A DNA stretch of 64,000 nucleotides from NCBI RefSeq assembly GCF_041886205.1, contig NZ_CP169029.1, one strand, 5' to 3'. The notes under the pieces were generated by a model. The model worked only from the letters and a program-made list of their open reading frames with translations, ran no database searches and was not told the DNA's origin. Position numbers and translations under genes: made by a program. Positions 55,023-64,000 of this stretch are shown here, one piece after another. The DNA comes from Escherichia coli (GTDB lineage Bacteria > Pseudomonadota > Gammaproteobacteria > Enterobacterales > Enterobacteriaceae). The stretch's first letter is position 1; each line of letters starts with the position of its first letter.

Positions 55023-56234
55023 TCACCCCACTTCTGGTAACAACCCTGCCGCAATCAAAAATTGCACGCCAATCACAGCAATACCACAGAGAAACACCAC
55101 CACCAGCGCCGGACGACCACCTTTCACCCGGTAACCCGCCTGAGGATTGTGCTTTCTGCTTTGCCAGGTCAACAGCGAAGGGATAATCAATGCCAGTACC
55201 GCCAGCGCCACACCGGCGTAACCCAGCGCCATCACAAATCCTCGTGGATAAAACAGTGCAAACGCCAACGGCGGCAGAAAGGTAATTGCACCAGTTTGCA
55301 ACCGTCCACCAACGGTATTTGGACGCTGAAACAAATCAGCCAGATAATCAAATAAGCCTAACGCAACGCCGAGAAATGACGTGGCGAGGGCTAAATCAGC
55401 AAATAAATGCACCGCCAGTTCAACATGCGGAGAGGCCACCATTTCGCGTAACGCCTGTAACAGCCCGTTTAATCCGGCATGATTAGCCAGCAATCCCATA
55501 AAGGTTGTTGAATCAATGCTGCCAAGCGTCGCCACCTGCCAGAAAATATATGCCACCAGGGGGATCGCACTACCGGTTATAAACACCCAGCGTAGCTTAC
55601 GAATGTTGCCATCCATATAGCTGACAATACTCGGCACACTACCGTGAAAACCAAACGACGTAAAAATCACCGGGATTGCAGACAGTGCCAGCCCCTGTTG
55701 CAACGGCAGGGTTAAAAGATTCACTTTGTGAATATGCGGTAGCAGTAGTACCAGCATTACCACCAGAAAAATAATTTTGGCGCTGAACAGAAAACGGTTA
55801 AATAAATCGACCAGCGATGTCCCGACACAAACCACGCCACCGGCAACAAAAGTGAACAACAGCACGCCAGCGGTTGCCGACATTGAAATACCTGTCCAGC
55901 CGCTGATGCTGGAGGCCAACAATTCACCAGCACCGCTGATGTATGCCGCAGTCAGAGCATACATTAAGAACATCATACTGAAGCCCGTCAGCCACTGACC
56001 GTAGCGTCCCAGATAGCGTTTTGCCAGCGTGCCCAGGCCGGTATCTGCCGGAACATGCTGGTACACCTCCAGCAGTAATAGCGCCGTGTAGCACATCAAC
56101 GCCCAAAGCCCAATCAACAAGATTAACGTGACGCTAAAACCAACACCTGCCGCAGCCAGCGGCATTGCCAGCATGCCTGCGCCAATTGTGGTTCCCGCCA
56201 CGATAAAAACACTTCCCAGAGTTCTGTTTTTCAC
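55023..56234 (-). CDS. tyrP: Tyrosine-specific permease TyrP (403 aa)
   Basis: [49 protein letters not shown]... Confidence 0.95.
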   Translation of the reverse strand: MKNRTLGSVFIVAGTTIGAGMLAMPLAAAGVGFSVTLILLIGLWALMCYTALLLLEVYQHVPADTGLGTLAKRYLGRYGQWLTGFSMMFLMYALTAAYISGAGELLASSISGWTGISMSATAGVLLFTFVAGGVVCVGTSLVDLFNRFLFSAKIIFLVVMLVLLLPHIHKVNLLTLPLQQGLALSAIPVIFTSFGFHGSVPSIVSYMDGNIRKLRWVFITGSAIPLVAYIFWQVATLGSIDSTTFMGLLANHAGLNGLLQALREMVASPHVELAVHLFADLALATSFLGVALGLFDYLADLFQRPNTVGGRLQTGAITFLPPLAFALFYPRGFVMALGYAGVALAVLALIIPSLLTWQSRKHNPQAGYRVKGGRPALVVVFLCGIAVIGVQFLIAAGLLPEVG

Positions 56235-56313
56235 GCTTTCTTCTGTCCTGACGATCTTTATGAGTGATATCTGCGGCGCAGGTTAAGGCATAACGGCTGC
56301 TTCGTCAAACCGA

Positions 56314-56343
56314 CGTTACATATAGTGTAAATATAAATGTACA
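56314..56343. promoter_or_regulatory. TyrR box(es) in tyrP promoter
   Basis: TGTAAATATAAATGTACA (56326-56343) fits TGTAAA-N6-TTTACA; adjacent weaker half-site GTTACATATAGTGTAAA; tyrP is a known TyrR target. Confidence 0.6.
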
Positions 56344-56423
56344 ATAAAAGCGTTTAGTTCTGCGCTGGCGCAAAGTCTTCATAAGCGGCAATCGCTACGC
56401 TAGGCTTTTTTTGAGGAGGAACG

Positions 56424-56663
56424 ATGGACTCTATCCACGGTCATGAAGTGTTAAATATGATGATTGAATCAGGCGAGCAATATACGCATGCCAGTCTGGA
56501 AGCAGCAATTAAAGCGCGTTTTGGTGAACAGGCACGTTTTCACACCTGCTCGGCAGAAGGGATGACTGCGGGAGAGCTGGTAGCGTTTCTGGCAGCAAAA
56601 GGCAAATTTATACCTTCAGAAGAAGGTTTTTCGACCGATCAGAGTAAGATTTGCCGTCACTGA
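56424..56663 (+). CDS. yecH: Small protein YecH (79 aa)
   Basis: MDSIHGHEVLNMMIESGEQYTHASLEAAIKARFGEQARFHTCSAEGMTAGELVAFLAAKGKFIPSEEGFSTDQSKICRH. Confidence 0.88.
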   Translation: MDSIHGHEVLNMMIESGEQYTHASLEAAIKARFGEQARFHTCSAEGMTAGELVAFLAAKGKFIPSEEGFSTDQSKICRH

Positions 56664-56700
56664 TTTGAAACGGCGGCAGAAAACCTGCCGCCTGAGAGCA

Positions 56701-57198
56701 TTAGTTTTGTGTGTCGAGGGTAGAGAGTTCTTTGTCGATAAAATACAGACCTTCGCCGCTTTTGCCTGCCAGGCTTAATTTATCAATAATCGATTTGAAC
56801 AGTTTCTCTTCTTCATGCTGCTCAGAAACATACCATTGCAGGAAATTAAATGTTGGGTAGTCCTGATTGGTCATTGCAGCATGAGCCAGTTCGTTAATTT
56901 TCTGCGTGATTAATTGTTCGTGTTTATAGGTTTCCTGGAATAATTCATCAAGTGAGGAATATTCAGCAAACGGAGATTCAACGGTATTAATACGCGGTAA
57001 ATTGCCGGTATCAGTCAGGTAATCAAACAGACGCTGCATATGCGTCATCTCTTCCTGGGCGTGACGGCGCAGAAACGCGGCAGCACCTTCGAAGGTATGA
57101 TAGCTGCACCAGGCGCTCATTTGCTGATAAAGCAGTGAAGAGTACAGTTCCAGGTTCATCTGCTCATTAAGTTTTTCAATCATTTCTGGTTTCAGCAT
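56701..57198 (-). CDS. ftnA: Ferritin FtnA (165 aa)
   Basis: [61 protein letters not shown]... Confidence 0.95.
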
Positions 57199-57368
57199 GA
57201 TAGTGCTCCACAAAGGTTATATTTGTTGCTGTGGCGTCACTATAATTTGTTATTTTATTATTTGCAAAAGGTAAAATATAAACTTCAATTATTAAAAATA
57301 CGAATGGGAATAAAACGCATTACCGCTATTTCTTTAATCAGCGAAGATCCCCTCGCTGATTAAAATAT

Positions 57369-57692
57369 TTAGAGAAAGACAGGGAAGGCGGAATGATGGC
57401 ACTGATATGACAAAGTGAATTCCGTATTCAAACATAAGGAACCCGCAAAAAGGCTACAGTTGCCTACTGGCTGACCAAAGGGGACCGCGTGGGTATAGCC
57501 TTCCTGCTGGCATGCGCGATCGGCGATCCCGCGACTGACATAACGATCGGTATGGGCATGCTGCAAAAAAGCCTGGTCATAAACTAACCGTACAATACCT
57601 GTTGCCGCGTCAACTTTGCTCACATGGGCTTGGCGAGTAACCGTACACCCCGCCAGCGTTATTAATGAAAGAGTCAGAATCAGAAGTCTCAT
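57369..57692 (-). CDS. yecR: Lipoprotein YecR (107 aa)
   Basis: MRLLILTLSLITLAGCTVTRQAHVSKVDAATGIVRL... lipobox LAGC. Confidence 0.88.
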   Translation of the reverse strand: MRLLILTLSLITLAGCTVTRQAHVSKVDAATGIVRLVYDQAFLQHAHTDRYVSRGIADRACQQEGYTHAVPFGQPVGNCSLFAGSLCLNTEFTLSYQCHHSAFPVFL

Positions 57693-57856
57693 GGTCCAGC
57701 CAGAAGAGTAAGAGAAAGCACTATTTTACGCGTTACAGTGCTGCGACAATGGCCGGAAAAGACGCCTGGCAGGCGCTATTTCTTGCCATCTGTAGGTGTC
57801 AGAAATAGGGGGGCTGTTTTTTGATTATCATTTTCATAACATTAAAGGGGTATTTA

Positions 57857-57872
57857 TGTGATTTGCATCACA
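57857..57872. promoter_or_regulatory. CRP-binding site upstream of azuC
   Basis: TGTGATTTGCATCACA, perfect TGTGA-N6-TCACA palindrome about 85 bp upstream of the azuC ATG. Confidence 0.55.
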
Positions 57873-57954
57873 TAAAGATTGATTTTTGTGATGGTTGTCA
57901 TATTATAAGCGCAAAGACAATAACACCTGTATAACAAATAGTCGGAGTGCCGCG

Positions 57955-58041
57955 ATGAAACTGCGCAAAATCCTGAAAAGTATGTTCAATAACTATTGCA
58001 AGACGTTCAAAGACGTACCGCCAGGCAATATGTTCCGATAA
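57955..58041 (+). CDS. azuC: Small protein AzuC (28 aa), coding part of the dual-function AzuCR/IsrB RNA
   Basis: ATG...TAA encodes MKLRKILKSMFNNYCKTFKDVPPGNMFR; below ORF-track size cut-off; followed by terminator. Confidence 0.85.
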   Translation: MKLRKILKSMFNNYCKTFKDVPPGNMFR

Positions 58042-58043
58042 CA

Positions 58044-58069
58044 AAAAACCTGCTCCGGCAGGTTTTTTT
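58044..58069 (+). terminator. Rho-independent terminator of azuC
   Basis: AAAAAACCTGCTCCGGCAGGTTTTTTT. Confidence 0.65.
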
Positions 58070-58155
58070 GTGTCCTGATGACGGTGGATGTGACTATCGC
58101 TGAAGATGTGAAGCCGCTACTATAACGGCTTTCAAAATGCTATCAGGAGTTTACG

Positions 58156-58407
58156 ATGTCCCAGCCGCTGAATGCCGATCAGGAACTGGTTTCTGATGTG
58201 GTTGCTTGCCAGTTGGTTATCAAACAAATTCTGGATGTTCTCGATGTAATCGCGCCCGTTGAAGTTCGTGAAAAAATGTCCAGTCAGCTGAAGAATATCG
58301 ACTTTACTAACCATCCCGCCGCCGCAGACCCGGTCACCATGCGGGCAATCCAAAAAGCCATCGCGCTTATTGAACTCAAGTTTACCCCACAGGGTGAATC
58401 CCATTAA
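58156..58407 (+). CDS. yecJ: Small protein YecJ (83 aa)
   Basis: [83 protein letters not shown]. Confidence 0.88.
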
Positions 58408-58445
58408 AAAAACCGCTGCTTCAAACAGATGAGGCAGCGGTTTCT
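58405..58445. terminator. Shared terminator between convergent yecJ and ftnB
   Basis: A-run, ACCGCTGCTTC...GAGGCAGCGGT stem-loop; strong T-run on the minus strand (ftnB side). Confidence 0.5.
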
Positions 58446-58485
58446 CAAAACCTTCATCGGCGCAATGCATTAGCGCCGATGATGA

Positions 58486-58989
58486 TCAATGCAGCTGGTG
58501 TGACACGACATTCAGAACATGTTGGTCGGTCTGCACAGGGCACATACCCGCAAGTTTCGCACTGCGCACTTCATCAAGAATGGTTTGCAGCAACAGACCA
58601 TCATGCTGCTGTTCTTTTTCCAGATCGCGCAGGAAATTGACGGTTGAATCATCATTCAGTTCTTTCGCTTCATCGGCTAACTGTGCCAACGTACTAGAAC
58701 GTTGCTCGTATTCTTCCATCGTTTTTTGGAACAGTTCTTCCAGAGAGTTCAGTTTTTCACCGGGAACATCAATGGCTTTAACGATGGGGGTAGCGCCGAC
58801 ACTCTTCATAAAGTTAAACATGCGCATCATTTGGGTCACATTACTCTGTGCCTGGGCGCGAAGGAAAGTGGCGGTGCCGTTCAGACTCTGTTCAGAACAC
58901 CAGTTACTCAGGTGAAGGTAGAGATTGGATGCGTAAAACTCGCGGTTCATTTGAGAGTTGAGTTTGAGAAGCATTCCAGCGGTTGCCAT
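58486..58989 (-). CDS. ftnB: Ferritin-like protein FtnB (167 aa)
   Basis: [61 protein letters not shown]... Confidence 0.93.
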   Translation of the reverse strand: MATAGMLLKLNSQMNREFYASNLYLHLSNWCSEQSLNGTATFLRAQAQSNVTQMMRMFNFMKSVGATPIVKAIDVPGEKLNSLEELFQKTMEEYEQRSSTLAQLADEAKELNDDSTVNFLRDLEKEQQHDGLLLQTILDEVRSAKLAGMCPVQTDQHVLNVVSHQLH

Positions 58990-59785
58990 ACCTAATATCC
59001 TTATATCCAGAAGTGGAGAGGTGCAAGATAAATCAAAACACCATAATTACTGTTTGCAGAATAATTCCTTTCTGCCGGTCCGAAATGTGATCGTGGAGTC
59101 AATTCTGACGATGATCTGAAATAAGAATAACGTCTGAACGGGTATAAGAAAATGCTTAAATCATCAAGTTTATATATTTTTACATTTCATTGATGAAATC
59201 AATGTAACTGCAATGAATTTTAATGATAGTGCTTTTTGTATCTTGTTGATATTAATCAATGAATTTGAATTCATGATGAAGTGATGATTTTATAAAACGT
59301 TTTTTCATTTTTGCGAGATGGCTCTCATTATACGTGTTCTGTTAATTAATGAGCACAGTGATAATTAATGACGAAATGAATGACGTGCATTTTCCACATC
59401 TTTGAGTTGCGGTTATTACACCATTTCAAAAACTCAACGCCAGGTAATGCGGCCTATTGACTGGTTAAAAAGAAGACATCCCGCATGGGTACCAAAGACA
59501 ACAAGGATTTCCAGGCTAATCTTATGGATTAATCTGCTGTGCATTCGACAATTTGTCTGACAAATTGGCTTTCCCTTATGTCTTTTCCCGCTAAATTTAT
59601 GCACGTTCTCACTGTAATTCTGCGATGTGATATTGCTCTCCTATGGAGAATTAATTTCTCGCTAAAACTATGTCAACACAGTCACTTATCTTTTAGTTAA
59701 AAGGTAATGCTTTGTTTTCCGATTAATTTAACGAATGTCATTCGTTTTTGCCCTACACAAAACGACACTAAAGCTGGAGAGAACC

Positions 59786-60775
59786 ATGCACAAATTTACT
59801 AAAGCCCTGGCAGCCATTGGTCTGGCAGCCGTTATGTCACAATCCGCTATGGCGGAGAACCTGAAGCTCGGTTTTCTGGTGAAGCAACCGGAAGAGCCGT
59901 GGTTCCAGACCGAATGGAAGTTTGCCGATAAAGCCGGGAAGGATTTAGGGTTTGAGGTTATTAAGATTGCCGTGCCGGATGGCGAAAAAACATTGAACGC
60001 GATCGACAGCCTGGCTGCCAGTGGCGCAAAAGGTTTCGTTATTTGTACTCCGGACCCCAAACTCGGCTCTGCCATCGTCGCGAAAGCGCGTGGCTACGAT
60101 ATGAAAGTCATTGCCGTGGATGACCAGTTTGTTAACGCCAAAGGTAAGCCAATGGATACCGTTCCGCTGGTGATGATGGCGGCGACTAAAATTGGCGAAC
60201 GTCAGGGCCAGGAACTGTATAAAGAGATGCAGAAACGTGGCTGGGATGTCAAAGAAAGCGCGGTGATGGCGATTACCGCCAACGAACTGGATACCGCCCG
60301 CCGCCGTACTACGGGATCTATGGATGCGCTGAAAGCGGCCGGATTCCCGGAAAAACAAATTTATCAGGTACCTACCAAATCTAACGACATCCCGGGGGCA
60401 TTTGACGCTGCCAACTCAATGCTGGTTCAACATCCGGAAGTTAAACATTGGCTGATCGTCGGTATGAACGACAGCACCGTGCTGGGCGGCGTACGCGCGA
60501 CGGAAGGTCAGGGCTTTAAAGCGGCCGATATCATCGGCATTGGCATTAACGGTGTGGATGCGGTGAGCGAACTGTCTAAAGCACAGGCAACCGGCTTCTA
60601 CGGTTCCCTGCTGCCAAGCCCGGACGTACATGGCTATAAATCCAGCGAAATGCTTTACAACTGGGTAGCAAAAGACGTTGAACCGCCAAAATTTACCGAA
60701 GTTACCGACGTGGTACTGATCACGCGTGACAACTTTAAAGAAGAACTGGAGAAAAAAGGTTTAGGCGGTAAGTAA
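59786..60775 (+). CDS. araF: L-arabinose ABC transporter periplasmic binding protein AraF (329 aa)
   Basis: MHKFTKALAAIGLAAVMSQSAMAENLKLGFLVKQPEEPWFQTEWKFADKAGKDLGFEVIK... Confidence 0.95.
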   Translation: MHKFTKALAAIGLAAVMSQSAMAENLKLGFLVKQPEEPWFQTEWKFADKAGKDLGFEVIKIAVPDGEKTLNAIDSLAASGAKGFVICTPDPKLGSAIVAKARGYDMKVIAVDDQFVNAKGKPMDTVPLVMMAATKIGERQGQELYKEMQKRGWDVKESAVMAITANELDTARRRTTGSMDALKAAGFPEKQIYQVPTKSNDIPGAFDAANSMLVQHPEVKHWLIVGMNDSTVLGGVRATEGQGFKAADIIGIGINGVDAVSELSKAQATGFYGSLLPSPDVHGYKSSEMLYNWVAKDVEPPKFTEVTDVVLITRDNFKEELEKKGLGGK

Positions 60776-60844
60776 TTTGCCGGAAAAATTCCCCTCTGCA
60801 TGATGCAGAGGGGGTGTGAACGACCAGTGATTCACGGAGACGTT

Positions 60845-62359
60845 ATGCAACAGTCTACCCCGTATCTCTCATTTCGCGGCATCGGTAAAACGTTTCCCGG
60901 CGTTAAGGCGCTGACGGATATTAGTTTTGACTGCTATGCCGGTCAGGTTCATGCGTTGATGGGTGAAAATGGCGCAGGAAAATCAACTCTCTTAAAAATC
61001 CTCAGCGGCAACTATGCGCCAACCACGGGTTCTGTAGTGATTAATGGGCAGGAAATGTCCTTTTCCGACACGACCGCAGCACTTAACGCGGGCGTAGCGA
61101 TTATTTACCAGGAACTGCATCTCGTGCCGGAAATGACCGTCGCGGAAAACATCTATCTCGGCCAGCTGCCGCATAAAGGCGGCATTGTGAATCGCTCATT
61201 GCTGAATTATGAGGCGGGTTTACAACTTAAACATCTTGGTATGGATATTGACCCGGACACGCCGCTGAAATATCTCTCCATTGGTCAGTGGCAGATGGTT
61301 GAAATCGCCAAAGCGCTGGCGCGTAACGCCAAAATTATCGCCTTTGATGAGCCAACCAGCTCCCTCTCTGCCCGTGAAATCGACAATCTTTTCCGCGTTA
61401 TTCGTGAACTGCGAAAAGAGGGGCGGGTAATCTTATACGTTTCTCACCGTATGGAAGAAATATTTGCCCTCAGCGATGCCATTACTGTCTTTAAAGATGG
61501 ACGTTATGTCAAAACCTTTACCGATATGCAGCAGGTTGACCACGACGCGCTGGTGCAGGCGATGGTCGGGCGCGACATTGGCGATATCTACGGCTGGCAA
61601 CCGCGTAGTTATGGCGAGGAGCGCCTACGTCTTGATGCTGTGAAAGCACCAGGCGTGCGTACGCCAATAAGTCTGGCGGTTCGCAGTGGTGAAATTGTTG
61701 GGCTGTTTGGTCTGGTAGGGGCGGGGCGTAGCGAATTAATGAAAGGCATGTTTGGCGGGACGCAAATCACCGCCGGTCAGGTTTATATCGACCAACAGCC
61801 GATCGATATTCGTAAACCGAGCCACGCCATTGCCGCAGGCATGATGCTCTGCCCGGAAGATCGCAAAGCGGAAGGCATTATTCCCGTGCACTCCGTTCGC
61901 GACAATATCAACATCAGTGCCAGACGTAAACATGTGCTCGGCGGTTGTGTAATCAACAACGGTTGGGAAGAAAACAATGCCGATCACCACATTCGTTCGC
62001 TCAACATCAAAACGCCGGGCGCGGAGCAACTGATCATGAATCTCTCAGGCGGAAATCAGCAAAAAGCCATTCTGGGCCGCTGGTTATCGGAAGAGATGAA
62101 GGTCATTTTGCTGGATGAACCTACGCGCGGCATTGATGTTGGCGCTAAGCACGAAATATATAACGTAATTTATGCGCTGGCGGCGCAGGGCGTGGCGGTG
62201 CTGTTTGCCTCCAGCGACTTACCTGAAGTCCTCGGCGTTGCCGACCGGATTGTGGTGATGCGGGAAGGTGAAATCGCCGGTGAATTGTTACACGAGCAGG
62301 CAGATGAGCGTCAGGCACTGAGCCTTGCGATGCCTAAAGTCAGCCAGGCTGTTGCCTGA
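60845..62359 (+). CDS. araG: L-arabinose ABC transporter ATP-binding protein AraG (504 aa)
   Basis: [51 protein letters not shown]..., duplicated ABC domains. Confidence 0.95.
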
Positions 62360-62373
62360 GTAAGGAGAGTATG

Positions 62374-64000
<1,627 letters not shown>

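Noticed and set aside
59521-59545. Possible AraC half-site-like motif (AGC-N7-TCCATA on the reverse strand) upstream of araF
   Set aside because: Only a partial match, about 260 bp upstream of araF; I cannot place the araFGH promoter elements confidently from sequence alone.

Overview
This window is a contiguous stretch of Escherichia coli core chromosome, and I found no evidence of a novel multi-gene system in it. It is colinear with the K-12 map from yeeJ to otsB (about 1.98-2.05 Mb), in reverse orientation. All K-12 comparisons below are from memory, not from a database search. Gene order: yeeJ (N-terminal part), asnT, mtfA, serU, yodB, zinT, msrQ-msrP-hiuH, hprR-hprS, hchA, yedS, yedR, yedJ, dcm-vsr, yedA, yedI, yodC, dgcQ, yedP, dsrA, yodD, dsrB, rcsA, fliRQPONML, fliKJIHGF, fliE, yedK, yedF-yedE, yedD, amyA, fliTSD, fliC, fliA-fliZ, tcyJ, dcyD, tcyLN, sdiA, yecF, uvrY-uvrC, pgsA, glyW-cysT-leuZ, yecA, tyrP, yecH, ftnA, yecR, azuC, yecJ, ftnB, araFGH, otsB (5' part). 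Almost every ORF matches a known protein at full length. I saw no CRISPR array, prophage, IS element or integrase. The points worth a second look are strain-level differences from K-12 and small non-coding elements: an intact yedS porin gene, an RseX-like sRNA candidate beside it, an apparently 'empty' yedK-fliE junction carrying a 22-bp imperfect direct repeat, a 440-codon fliC allele, and a probable TTG start for zinT.
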